DNA of 64,000 nt from Escherichia phage DCP2. A model generated the notes under the pieces. The model did no database searches. It was not told the origin of the DNA and worked only from the letters and a program-made list of their open reading frames with translations. The stretch lies in sequence record OR780565.1. The stretch is one strand, 5' to 3'. This document shows positions 9,165 to 18,531 of the stretch, piece after piece (position 1 is the first letter of the stretch; every line of letters begins with the position of its first letter). Both the position numbers and the translations under genes were made by a program.

Positions 9165-9196
9165 GTTTACAAGACTGTTCCTCTGTGGTATTATTA
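9165..9196 (+). promoter_or_regulatory. T4-type early promoter
   Basis: GTTTAC then ctgtggtattattaccctatc; near-identical copy at 61323. Confidence 0.65.
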
Positions 9197-9227
9197 CCCT
9201 ATCAACTACGGAGGAACAGAAAATGAA
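9165..9227 (+). repeat. 62-bp promoter plus leader repeat (second copy at 61323..61385)
   Basis: Three mismatches over about 62 bp including SD ggaggaacagaaaATG. Confidence 0.8.
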
Positions 9228-9750
9228 CGCTAAAGATATTTTCAACTTAGTAAATTATAACGATGGTAAATTTAAATCTGAAGCACAAAGCAAGTTCTTT
9301 AATGACATCTCAATCGGAGGTGAAATCACGGTTGATGGAGGACAAATTTACAAATCCCGTTGGAATTGGATCGTTATTATCGATGAGATTGGTATTGTAG
9401 AAATTTACAAGAATACGAATAAAAATCGTACATTACACTGGTCTCGTGATACTAATGAACAGTACAAAAAGGATAAAGCATCTAAATTATCTCGTGTAAC
9501 TCAAGAAGATATTGAGTTCATCAAGAAAGATATTTTGATGTATGATAACTTAATTGCTGAAGAGCAAGCTGTTATTGATAAATTTGATGAGATTAAAGCT
9601 TCTCGTGAAATTCCTGATTTTATGAAAGAATCAGTAAATGAACGATACACTCTCATTTCAGAGCGTATTGAAACTTACAAAAAGCAAAGAGCTGAACGCC
9701 AAAATACTCTTCGGAAGTTTGAAGAACGGTTAAAGACGGTACTCGCATAA
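9223..9750 (+). CDS. Hypothetical protein, 175 aa
   Basis: ATG with SD ggagg directly after the early promoter. Confidence 0.6.
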   Translation: MNAKDIFNLVNYNDGKFKSEAQSKFFNDISIGGEITVDGGQIYKSRWNWIVIIDEIGIVEIYKNTNKNRTLHWSRDTNEQYKKDKASKLSRVTQEDIEFIKKDILMYDNLIAEEQAVIDKFDEIKASREIPDFMKESVNERYTLISERIETYKKQRAERQNTLRKFEERLKTVLA

Positions 9751-9805
9751 CCGCTTTATACCAAGGATGGTATAATGGTTCTAAGCCCTTTTAATTGAGA
9801 TTATT

Positions 9806-10210
9806 ATGAAACAGTTGATAATTAAAAGATTGAATTTATTGATATGTTGTTTATGTATAATAATTGCATATGGTTATTATGCTATTAATGATTATATGCA
9901 TTATAAAGATTATGATGTTACTGTAGTTAATACCTTTACAGGAACTCAAGGAAAGGGGTCTAGTTTATCGTTTATTGCTGTATATGAACTCAAAGACGGT
10001 TATAGATTTAGTGAATATATTTCCCCAGAGATGTATTCTTCAATAGAAAAAGGTGATAATATTACTGTAAGTTTACGTCCTTTCGACGTAAAACAGACAT
10101 TGTTTGATAATATTGTTTGGTTCTTTGGAATGGTATTAGTTCAATCTGTGTGTGGTGCTTATATAGTCTGTTCCATCTTATTCTGTATATTTAGTAAAAT
10201 TGAAAATTGA
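9806..10210 (+). CDS. Hypothetical membrane protein, 134 aa
   Basis: N- and C-terminal hydrophobic segments. Confidence 0.55.
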   Translation: MKQLIIKRLNLLICCLCIIIAYGYYAINDYMHYKDYDVTVVNTFTGTQGKGSSLSFIAVYELKDGYRFSEYISPEMYSSIEKGDNITVSLRPFDVKQTLFDNIVWFFGMVLVQSVCGAYIVCSILFCIFSKIEN

Positions 10211-10221
10211 GTGAGGAAAAT

Positions 10222-11109
10222 ATGTCAGTAGTAATTAATAATGTCAATGCAGTAATTAAATCTTTAGTTAATAAAAAATTAAATGAATGGACTGTACTTC
10301 GTCGTGGAGAGCCAGATAAATTTTTTCATAGATTTAACCCAACTTTGGATTTGAATGTTATTGACAGAGATGTTCATGCTGAAATTTTAGATAAATTTAA
10401 AGTTGATATTGGGTTTGGATTAGATAAACATTTGCAACGAACAAACGGATCTGGAATGGGTTTATCTAATCGCATCATGAAAGCCCTTAATAAAATTGGA
10501 GCGTTGTCTCGTATTAATGCGAGTGAAATCCTTCGCAATTATAATAAAGGATATGACCTTTATGGTCGACTAATGCCGAAATTATCATTTGACCAAATGA
10601 TTGCGGATTTGTGGGAAAATCAACGACGATTATTAGCATTAGGCGCTCGATTAGCTAAAGGTCTAGATAAACAAATGATTTTTAAGACCAATAATACAGA
10701 AGACCTTAAATGCTTTAAATTTAGTACTCGTGGAGATGATTATTACATCAGAGCTCGCTCTACAGATTATGTTAATATGGGGCATCATCTCTGTTTAGCT
10801 TTTGAAGTTTTAAAAGAAGCCGGAACATTAGAATATGTGTCTGGTGCTAAATGTCCGATTGGTTCAAATTGCATTTTAATTTATCGCCCAGATGAATCCA
10901 GTTCAACTAAATTACCTACAAAACCTGTACCAGTTCGCAGTAATGAAAAACATTCTGAACAAATTGCTTATTTTAATAAGCAGATTGAAGAGCTAAATAT
11001 TTCTATTCAGCAATATGATGATGAAATTTTCAGACTATCTGGATTGAGTAGTAAAGCTAAATCTGAGCGTGAAAAATTAATTAAAATCGTTGATTTACTT
11101 AAATCTTAA
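10222..11109 (+). CDS. Hypothetical protein with C-terminal coiled coil (tandem paralog 1 of 4), 295 aa
   Basis: ATG with SD gaggaaaat; C-terminal heptad-like region. Confidence 0.6.
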   Translation: MSVVINNVNAVIKSLVNKKLNEWTVLRRGEPDKFFHRFNPTLDLNVIDRDVHAEILDKFKVDIGFGLDKHLQRTNGSGMGLSNRIMKALNKIGALSRINASEILRNYNKGYDLYGRLMPKLSFDQMIADLWENQRRLLALGARLAKGLDKQMIFKTNNTEDLKCFKFSTRGDDYYIRARSTDYVNMGHHLCLAFEVLKEAGTLEYVSGAKCPIGSNCILIYRPDESSSTKLPTKPVPVRSNEKHSEQIAYFNKQIEELNISIQQYDDEIFRLSGLSSKAKSEREKLIKIVDLLKS

Positions 11110-11117
11110 GGAACACC

Positions 11118-12146
11118 ATGAAAACTCGTTCTCAAATTGAAGATATGGTTCGTAATGCCAGCTATACTCGTGATGTTATGACATTTTTGTGTGAAAATAA
11201 TTTAGACCCTGATAAAGTTAATCGTGTTATTCATCACTTTAAGTATACGAATAGCAGTGAATGGGTGCGTAATTTTAGTAAAGCAGGGTATATTACGCAA
11301 ATGACGGCTCGTGAGCAGCTCACCGATTTCTGTAAAACTATTGATTATAAAAATCCTTTGATTGTTCAAGGCGTTGGTCAAAGTAAGGTCGATTTATCAT
11401 CTGGATTTTTCAATCCAAATCATTATCGTATTGAATGGAGATTTATTGCTCTGTTCCGTAGACAATTAAAGCAAATTTTATCAACTGCGAGTCGATTAAA
11501 AGGTTCTGATATTAACTTAAAGAATCTGAAATTTGATGGTTATACTCTTCAGATGGAAGTAAGACCGTTAAAAGAAAATAATAGAACTGCACGAATTAGC
11601 TTTAAGCCTAATACTAAAAATTCTCTTTCAATTTGTGAATGTCTTAAATCACAGCTGACAGAAGCATTTAAGTATATGGATGTTGTTGCTGCTGTTCAAT
11701 CTAAGATTTTACCTCGTTTTGAGCGAAATTGGGAACATACAACAACATATGAACTTGATATGATCGTTTCATTTAAATATGAATTTTTGAGAAAGGATGA
11801 AATTGTTCAAGAGAAAAAGCAGGAAGTGCAAGATACCTTAAATTTAAATTTATCCAATTACTTATCAAACGATCCTAAATGTTGGATGTACAGTTCAAGT
11901 AACATAGATGCATGTAAACTTAATAAAGTGAGTTTTCTTCCTACTGAAAATTCAAATTTTAAACCTGTAGAAAAATGGCACGCTGATGCGATTGAAAAGT
12001 CTCTTAAGGCAGTAGATGATGAACTCGTTAAAGCGACCAATGAAATGCTAGAAGCTGAAAAGGCGTTAGAACAAGCTCAGTCAAGGGTTCAAAATCTGAC
12101 AAAGCAACGTTCTAAACTGAACAATGCACTAAATGCACTGAACTAG
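11118..12146 (+). CDS. Hypothetical protein with C-terminal coiled coil (paralog 2 of 4), 342 aa
   Basis: SD aagga; C-terminal coiled-coil-like segment ending NALNALN. Confidence 0.6.
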   Translation: MKTRSQIEDMVRNASYTRDVMTFLCENNLDPDKVNRVIHHFKYTNSSEWVRNFSKAGYITQMTAREQLTDFCKTIDYKNPLIVQGVGQSKVDLSSGFFNPNHYRIEWRFIALFRRQLKQILSTASRLKGSDINLKNLKFDGYTLQMEVRPLKENNRTARISFKPNTKNSLSICECLKSQLTEAFKYMDVVAAVQSKILPRFERNWEHTTTYELDMIVSFKYEFLRKDEIVQEKKQEVQDTLNLNLSNYLSNDPKCWMYSSSNIDACKLNKVSFLPTENSNFKPVEKWHADAIEKSLKAVDDELVKATNEMLEAEKALEQAQSRVQNLTKQRSKLNNALNALN

Positions 12147-12177
12147 TTTACTTTACCACAAGGATGTGGTATAATGT
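12146..12177 (+). promoter_or_regulatory. T4-type early promoter
   Basis: GTTTAC then ggatgtggtataatg; same 32-bp element recurs at 56535. Confidence 0.65.
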
Positions 12178-12203
12178 TCTTACTTTCTACTGAGGAGATT
12201 AAT

Positions 12204-13205
12204 ATGACTCGTAACGAATATATCAAATCATTCAATAGTGTTATTGATGATAAAGTTAAACCTATGTCTAGTCAGAATAGCGTTATTTCCATTATCAATC
12301 AATGGCTCAATAATATTGATGTAAGCATTGTTTCTTCCAGCAAATTTATTCATGAAGTTCATAAAATTTCTAGTCGCGAAGATAAAGATGATATTAAGGA
12401 AACCTTTAAAGGTTCTCGTCTTCTTTCATATTTAGTTAATCAGGATATTCTTGGTAAATTTGGGAAAGAAATTAAACGAACTAAAGATGTAGTAGGATAT
12501 AATTGGTTCGGTGATGTTAATTCTTATCATCTTAATAATAAAGAAGACCCTGAGAATATTTTTACTCGTCGTTGGATTAGTAATTTCAGACTTTTCAAAG
12601 GACAGATTCTAAAATCAGCTTCTAAATTATGTTATGGCGATTATCGTCAAATTCATCCTTTGGCTTCTGATATGATTATCATAAAAGAATATGAACTTGA
12701 TAAAAATAAAGTATCTATTTTTGTGAATTATGGATTTTTTACACCAGAAACTAACCAAAAGAATATTAATAAATTTTTCTCAATTGCTAGCACTATAACT
12801 CGTCAATTAGAGACCGCATTACTTTGTATGGAAACAGTAGAAAATATTCATACATATCCTTTTAAGAATATATGCGGTTGGGAAGGATATAAACTCGTAA
12901 TTAGCCTTCGTGAAGTGAAATGTGCTTATTCACCTACTGATAAAGAAATTTACCAACAAAAATGTGATGAAATTGTGAATACTCCTAAAGAAGAAACTAC
13001 CCTTGAGGAACTAATGGAATGTCTTGATGATTCACCTGAACCGATAGAAATTCGTCCAGAAGTTATTGCATTAGAAAAAGCTTATAAAGAAGCTCTAGAA
13101 ATTTCTAATAAAGCGCAGAAAGAATATGAACAGGCTAAAAGGATTTGGGAAGAATCTGTTAATCGCCTGGATCGTCTTGAACAAGCTTTACAGTTAATTA
13201 AGTAA
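12204..13205 (+). CDS. Hypothetical protein with C-terminal coiled coil (paralog 3 of 4), 333 aa
   Basis: ATG with SD gaggag; the tracked start at 12174 lies inside the promoter -10. Confidence 0.6.
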   Translation: MTRNEYIKSFNSVIDDKVKPMSSQNSVISIINQWLNNIDVSIVSSSKFIHEVHKISSREDKDDIKETFKGSRLLSYLVNQDILGKFGKEIKRTKDVVGYNWFGDVNSYHLNNKEDPENIFTRRWISNFRLFKGQILKSASKLCYGDYRQIHPLASDMIIIKEYELDKNKVSIFVNYGFFTPETNQKNINKFFSIASTITRQLETALLCMETVENIHTYPFKNICGWEGYKLVISLREVKCAYSPTDKEIYQQKCDEIVNTPKEETTLEELMECLDDSPEPIEIRPEVIALEKAYKEALEISNKAQKEYEQAKRIWEESVNRLDRLEQALQLIK

Positions 13206-13257
13206 TTTAAAGCCAAGGATGGCTCGGAGTATAAATCATTAACCAAGTGAGAAGAAC

Positions 13258-14187
13258 ATGAAAACTCGTAAACATTATATTGATTATTTTGATAGTCTTA
13301 TTACTAAACACCGTAATTATCAGATTGGGCACAGAGCAGTAATCAATAATATTCTTCGTGATTTCTTTCAATATGTTGGCCAGGAAAATCATATCTGTAA
13401 AGATACTCAAAACGCTTATTCTCATTCGTTAGGCAATTTGCTTCAATGGTTTAAACGTTCTCGTCTGTTATCTTCTACTGTAGCTAGTGATAACATTAAA
13501 AACTTTATGAAGCCGAGCTTCATTAAATCTGCGACATCTATAACCGATTTGGTTGAATTTACTATTGTTAACGATGTTAAAAAGACCCATTTGGCTGATT
13601 GGTTATCTACCATTCCTGAAACTAAATTTGCTGATAAATTCGCTTGTCAATTCAATGACCAAGTGAATATGCTTTTTAAGCATGCTCGTAAACTATTTAC
13701 CGCGGGCGATGACCGTACAAATACAGTTCATGTTAAGGACTGGGTTATTGCTGATGAAGTAACACACAAGCCAGGTGGTTCATCAGTATTAATTAATATC
13801 CAGGTTCCTTATTATTACTCACGTAATCTCGGCACCATGACAGCTAGAGAAATTAATAAGCATAACAAAACTATTCGTTCGTTGTCTTATAAACTCTGCA
13901 CGATGGTGGAGATGATGGACGTAGTGGAAATGTATGACGAAACCGAAGATAATGGTTCAATGTTATACAGTTCACGCATTCTAATTAAACTGAAGAACCC
14001 TAATACATATAAGCCAGTTGTAAAAGAACCTAAAGTAGAAAAGATTGATAACTTGCGCGAAGAACGTGAATATCTCAATGCTCGTTTGATTGAAGTTGAA
14101 GTCCAGATTGCCGAACATACCAAATTGTTAAAAGCTCTTAATGCAAAAGCAAATGGTTTACGTAATGCTATTGAGGTATTGAAATGA
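13258..14187 (+). CDS. Hypothetical protein with C-terminal coiled coil (paralog 4 of 4), 309 aa
   Basis: SD gtgagaag; C-terminal coiled-coil-like region. Confidence 0.6.
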   Translation: MKTRKHYIDYFDSLITKHRNYQIGHRAVINNILRDFFQYVGQENHICKDTQNAYSHSLGNLLQWFKRSRLLSSTVASDNIKNFMKPSFIKSATSITDLVEFTIVNDVKKTHLADWLSTIPETKFADKFACQFNDQVNMLFKHARKLFTAGDDRTNTVHVKDWVIADEVTHKPGGSSVLINIQVPYYYSRNLGTMTAREINKHNKTIRSLSYKLCTMVEMMDVVEMYDETEDNGSMLYSSRILIKLKNPNTYKPVVKEPKVEKIDNLREEREYLNARLIEVEVQIAEHTKLLKALNAKANGLRNAIEVLK

Positions 14188-14501
14188 AAAAGCGTCTATT
14201 AGAAGATATTGCAGCTTCAAGTAATTCCAGTCTAATTAAAATCATTATGGCTGGTGAAGAAGACGATCTGGAAATGCGTGGAAAGATTCATGGCTGTGAC
14301 GATCTAGACTTTAAACCTCCTGCTTGGGATGCCATTATGGTTATGGTTGAACGCCGCGAAAGGGCTTCTAAGAATGTTCCGAACTGCCCAAAATGTGGTA
14401 CTGAACAGGTCCAATTGATTAACTGGCGTAAACCAGAGCTTGAATATAAATGTCGTCATTGCAAACACCGATTTAACCGAGAAGAAAATGACCAAGCGTA
14501 A
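14184..14501 (+). CDS. Zinc-ribbon protein, 105 aa
   Basis: ATGA overlap; CPKCG ... CRHCKH Cys4 pair. Confidence 0.55.
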   Translation: MKKRLLEDIAASSNSSLIKIIMAGEEDDLEMRGKIHGCDDLDFKPPAWDAIMVMVERRERASKNVPNCPKCGTEQVQLINWRKPELEYKCRHCKHRFNREENDQA

Positions 14502-14730
14502 AGAATATATGGAGGCTGCTGAAAAGGCAGTCCGTGAATTAGCAATAGCTTATTATAATGAACATGGTAAATTTCCTGATAGATACAGCGTGCTTAAATC
14601 TGCTTTAACTCGTTCATATAAAAATATGCTATCAGAAGTAAGTGATATTATATACAAACATAAAGAACAAACGGGCCAAAGTCTTGATTACGACGAGACT
14701 TTTAAACAAGTACTAGGAATTAAGGAATAA
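14488..14730 (+). CDS. Hypothetical protein, about 80 aa
   Basis: ATG overlapping the 3' end of the upstream gene; start uncertain (alternatives 14440, 14509). Confidence 0.45.
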   Translation: MTKRKEYMEAAEKAVRELAIAYYNEHGKFPDRYSVLKSALTRSYKNMLSEVSDIIYKHKEQTGQSLDYDETFKQVLGIKE

Positions 14731-14731
14731 T

Positions 14732-14995
14732 ATGTTTAAAGTATATGGTTATGATAGCAACATCCACAAATGTGTGTATTGCGATAATGCAAAACGTCTT
14801 TTGACTGTGAAGAAACAGCCGTTTGAATTTATCAACATTATGCCGGAAAAAGGTGTTTTTGATGATGAGAAAATCGCTGAGCTTCTGACTAAACTGGGTC
14901 GTGATACTCAAATCGGATTGACGATGCCTCAGGTATTTGCTCCTGACGGAAGTCATATTGGTGGATTTGACCAATTGCGGGAATACTTTAAATGA
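14732..14995 (+). CDS. nrdC: Glutaredoxin/thioredoxin NrdC
   Basis: 87 aa; CVYC active site; matches T4 NrdC as recalled. Confidence 0.95.
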   Translation: MFKVYGYDSNIHKCVYCDNAKRLLTVKKQPFEFINIMPEKGVFDDEKIAELLTKLGRDTQIGLTMPQVFAPDGSHIGGFDQLREYFK

Positions 14996-15207
14996 TGCTT
15001 GAAGGAACTGATTATATCCATGACTACCGCGGAAGCGCGGTATATGTAGGTGATGAGGTTGCAGTTTATTATGGATATGGAACTTTGATGACAGCAAAGG
15101 TTATTCAAATTAAAAATAATCGTGCTAAACTCGAAGTTTATTATTCTAATGGTGAAAAGTCTATTTCTAAGTGGAAATACGGCGATTGTATGGTCAAACT
15201 GGGGTAA
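14992..15207 (+). CDS. Hypothetical protein, 71 aa
   Basis: ATGATG overlap with nrdC stop. Confidence 0.55.
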   Translation: MMLEGTDYIHDYRGSAVYVGDEVAVYYGYGTLMTAKVIQIKNNRAKLEVYYSNGEKSISKWKYGDCMVKLG

Positions 15208-15209
15208 AT

Positions 15210-15380
15210 ATGATTTACGATATTAATGTAGCAAGAACTCCATCAATGGTTACTATTCCAGCTGAAGAATTAGATCGTCTTCATAAAATTGAAGAACTTC
15301 TTTGGGAAATTGAATCTGATTTGCCATCAGGACTAGAATCCTGGATTGATTATGAAGAACTTAATAAGCTTCGGGGTTAA
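15210..15380 (+). CDS. Hypothetical protein, 56 aa
   Basis: ATG just after upstream stop; tracked ORF begins further upstream. Confidence 0.4.
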   Translation: MIYDINVARTPSMVTIPAEELDRLHKIEELLWEIESDLPSGLESWIDYEELNKLRG

Positions 15381-15502
15381 ACCTTGGTGGGCGGTTAGAT
15401 GGGAAACTGTAGAGCCAGAGCCGGAAGAACCGGTTTACACTGATGAAGAAACAGTATATAATGAACCTACAATAAATGACTTAATTGATATGGAGATGGG
15501 AC

Positions 15503-15988
15503 ATGATTACAGTAGATAAGTGGTTTAGAATTAATCGTGTTGATACAGGGCTATGTAATTACTGGCCGGAACTTAGTGCAGGTACTGTCTTTAAAGTTCG
15601 TGAACTTGCAAAAGAATGCGAAGATGATATAGAACCTGATACTGGAATTATTGAAATTGAACTTTCCGACGGAAAGATTATTAACATCTATGATAAGCCA
15701 ATTACATACTGGTGTTTGTGGAATACTGAATCCGTTGAAAATGGCGAAATTGAAGAAGTTGTAGAGAGAACTAGCCAAGATGTTCAGAAGCCTAAAGCCG
15801 CTTTTCAAGGTGAACGTATTTCATACGCATTAGCTAAATTAGCTGCGCAAGAAAATAACGATGGCTATGAAGGTAACCTGATGCAAGCTGCCGCAGAGTA
15901 CATTGAATGGCTTGAAACTCAAATTTCTTTTTCTGACCAAAAGATTCGGCAATATAAGCGATTGCATCAAATGTTTTACAATACTTGA
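15503..15988 (+). CDS. pin: Protease inhibitor Pin-like protein, 161 aa
   Basis: Length and position between nrdC and gene 49 fit T4 pin; tracked ORF starts at an upstream TTG. Confidence 0.7.
   Translation: MITVDKWFRINRVDTGLCNYWPELSAGTVFKVRELAKECEDDIEPDTGIIEIELSDGKIINIYDKPITYWCLWNTESVENGEIEEVVERTSQDVQKPKAAFQGERISYALAKLAAQENNDGYEGNLMQAAAEYIEWLETQISFSDQKIRQYKRLHQMFYNT
15940..15988 (+). repeat. Direct repeat of the pin 3' end (second copy at 16153..16201)
   Basis: About 45 bp encoding IRQYKRLHQMFYNT, repeated as IRQYKRLHRMFYNT at the end of the next small ORF. Confidence 0.75.
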
Positions 15989-16024
15989 AAAAACTCAAAA
16001 TTCTTTTTCTGACAGGACATTTTA

Positions 16025-16201
16025 ATGAAAACCGAATTGGTTTATACTGAAAAGTTAAATGGCGGTAAGGTTTGGAAACTTTTTATTAAAGGACATTCTA
16101 CGGACCCTCATATGACCACTTGCGTAGGAACCTATTCTCGTCCTACTAAAAAGATGATTCGACAGTATAAACGATTGCATCGAATGTTTTACAATACTTA
16201 A
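16025..16201 (+). CDS. Hypothetical protein, 58 aa, with duplicated pin C-terminus
   Basis: ATG-initiated ORF ending in a copy of the pin C-terminal 14 aa. Confidence 0.45.
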   Translation: MKTELVYTEKLNGGKVWKLFIKGHSTDPHMTTCVGTYSRPTKKMIRQYKRLHRMFYNT

Positions 16202-16243
16202 AAATAATAAATACCCTTATCTATTTAAGGTAAGGGTTTTATT

Positions 16244-16717
16244 ATGTTATTGACTGGCAAATTATATAAAGAAGAAAAACAGAAATTTTATGATGCGCAA
16301 AACGGTAAATGCTTAATTTGCCAACGAGAACTAAATCCTGATGTTCAAGCTAATCATCTTGATCATGACCATGAATTAAATGGACCAAAAGCAGGAAAGG
16401 TACGTGGATTGCTTTGTAATCTATGCAATGCCGCAGAAGGTCAAATGAAGCATAAATTTAATCGTTCTGGCTTAAAGGGACAAGGTGTTGATTATCTTGA
16501 ATGGTTAGAAAATTTACTTACTTATTTAAAATCCGATTACACCCAAAATAATATTCACCCTAACTTTGTTGGAGATAAATCAAAGGAATTTTCTCGTTTA
16601 GGAAAAGAGGAAATGATGGCCGAGATGCTTCAAAGAGGATTTGAATATAATGAATCTGACACTAAAACACAATTAATAGCTTCATTTAAGAAGCAGCTTA
16701 GAAAGAGTTTAAAATGA
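16244..16717 (+). CDS. 49: Endonuclease VII (Holliday junction resolvase)
   Basis: 157 aa; Cys/His zinc site and HLDHDH; matches T4 gp49 as recalled. Confidence 0.95.
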   Translation: MLLTGKLYKEEKQKFYDAQNGKCLICQRELNPDVQANHLDHDHELNGPKAGKVRGLLCNLCNAAEGQMKHKFNRSGLKGQGVDYLEWLENLLTYLKSDYTQNNIHPNFVGDKSKEFSRLGKEEMMAEMLQRGFEYNESDTKTQLIASFKKQLRKSLK

Positions 16718-18531
16718 CAATTGAAAAAGAAATTGAAGGATTGATTCATAAAACTAATAAAGACCTTTTGAACGAGAATGCTAATAAAGATTCTCGTGTT
16801 TTTCCAACTCAACGGGACCTTATGGCTGGTATTGTGTCTAAACACATTGCCAAAAATATGGTCCCGTCTTTTATTATGAAAGCGCATGAAAGCGGAATTA
16901 TTCATTTTCATGATATTGATTATTCCCCTGCTCTTCCATTTACTAATTGCTGTTTAGTAGATTTAAAAGGAATGCTTGAGAACGGATTTAAGCTTGGTAA
17001 TGCGCAGATTGAAACTCCTAAATCAATTGGCGTTGCTACTGCAATTATGGCACAAATTACTGCGCAAGTTGCTTCCCATCAATATGGCGGAACGACTTTT
17101 GCTAATGTAGATAAAGTACTTTCTCCTTATGTTAAACGCACCTATGCAAAACATATTGAGGATGCAGAAAAATGGCAAATCGCTGATGCGTTGAATTACG
17201 CCCAGTCTAAAACAGAAAAAGACGTATACGATGCATTTCAAGCTTATGAATATGAAGTAAACACTCTCTTTAGTTCAAACGGACAAACGCCTTTTGTAAC
17301 AATTACATTTGGTACGGGAACTGACTGGACTGAACGAATGATTCAGAAAGCAATTCTGAAAAATCGTATTAAAGGTCTTGGTCGTGATGGGATAACTCCT
17401 ATTTTCCCTAAGCTTGTTATGTTCGTTGAAGAAGGTGTTAATCTTTATAAAGACGATCCGAACTATGATATTAAGCAGCTTGCTCTAGAGTGTGCAAGCA
17501 AAAGGATGTATCCTGATATTATTTCAGCTAAGAACAATAAAGCTATCACCGGCTCATCTATTCCTGTTTCTCCAATGGGTTGCCGCAGTTTCTTGAGCGC
17601 GTGGAAAGATTCAACCGGTAATGAAATTCTTGATGGACGTAATAATCTTGGTGTTGTAACACTGAATCTTCCTCGTATTGCGTTGGATTCTTATATTGGA
17701 ACACAGTTCAATGAACAGAAATTTACTGAATTGTTCAATGAGCGAATGGATTTATGTTTTGAAGCTTTGATGTGTAGAATTAGTTCCTTAAAAGGAGTTA
17801 AAGCGACTGTTGCTCCTATTCTTTACCAAGAAGGTGCATTCGGGGTTCGTCTTAAACCTGATGACGACATAATTGAGTTATTTAAAAACGGTAGAAGTTC
17901 AGTGTCTTTAGGATACATTGGTATTCATGAATTGAATATTCTTGTCGGTCGTGATATTGGACAAGAAATTTTAACTAAAATGAATGCTCGTCTTAAACAG
18001 TGGGCTGAAAGAACTGGGTTTGCTTTTAGTTTGTATTCGACTCCTGCTGAAAACCTTTGTTATCGCTTCTGTAAACTTGATACAAAAAAATATGGAAGTG
18101 TAAAAGATGTTACCGATAAAGGATGGTACACTAACAGTTTCCATGTTTCAGTAGAAGAAAATATTACTCCGTTTGAAAAGATTTCTCGCGAAGCCCCATA
18201 TCATTTCATTGCGACAGGTGGTCACATTTCTTATGTTGAACTTCCTGATATGAAAAATAACCTAAAAGGTCTTGAGGCTGTCTGGGATTATGCTGCACAA
18301 CATTTAGATTATTTTGGTGTTAACATGCCAGTAGATAAATGTTTTACGTGTGGAAGTACCCATGAAATGACTCCTACTGAAAACGGGTTTGTTTGTTCTA
18401 TTTGTGGAGAAACTGATCCTAAAAAGATGAACACAATAAGAAGAACTTGTGGTTATTTGGGAAATCCGAACGAACGTGGATTTAATCTCGGCAAAAATAA
18501 AGAAATCATGCATAGGGTTAAACACCAATGA
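16714..18531 (+). CDS. nrdD: Anaerobic ribonucleoside-triphosphate reductase, uninterrupted
   Basis: 605 aa; C-terminal glycyl radical motif RRTCGY and CxxC...CxxC zinc site; single continuous ORF. Confidence 0.95.
   Translation: MTIEKEIEGLIHKTNKDLLNENANKDSRVFPTQRDLMAGIVSKHIAKNMVPSFIMKAHESGIIHFHDIDYSPALPFTNCCLVDLKGMLENGFKLGNAQIETPKSIGVATAIMAQITAQVASHQYGGTTFANVDKVLSPYVKRTYAKHIEDAEKWQIADALNYAQSKTEKDVYDAFQAYEYEVNTLFSSNGQTPFVTITFGTGTDWTERMIQKAILKNRIKGLGRDGITPIFPKLVMFVEEGVNLYKDDPNYDIKQLALECASKRMYPDIISAKNNKAITGSSIPVSPMGCRSFLSAWKDSTGNEILDGRNNLGVVTLNLPRIALDSYIGTQFNEQKFTELFNERMDLCFEALMCRISSLKGVKATVAPILYQEGAFGVRLKPDDDIIELFKNGRSSVSLGYIGIHELNILVGRDIGQEILTKMNARLKQWAERTGFAFSLYSTPAENLCYRFCKLDTKKYGSVKDVTDKGWYTNSFHVSVEENITPFEKISREAPYHFIATGGHISYVELPDMKNNLKGLEAVWDYAAQHLDYFGVNMPVDKCFTCGSTHEMTPTENGFVCSICGETDPKKMNTIRRTCGYLGNPNERGFNLGKNKEIMHRVKHQ

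Noticed and set aside
14720-15097. 125-aa minus-strand ORF
   Set aside because: Antisense across nrdC and its neighbours; shadow ORF.
15352-15519. 55-codon ORF bridging the interval upstream of pin
   Set aside because: Weak RBS and overlaps both neighbours; could be real but the evidence is insufficient to annotate.
16714-18531. Group I intron or intron-encoded endonuclease in nrdD
   Set aside because: nrdD is one continuous 605-aa ORF with all conserved motifs; no interruption is present.
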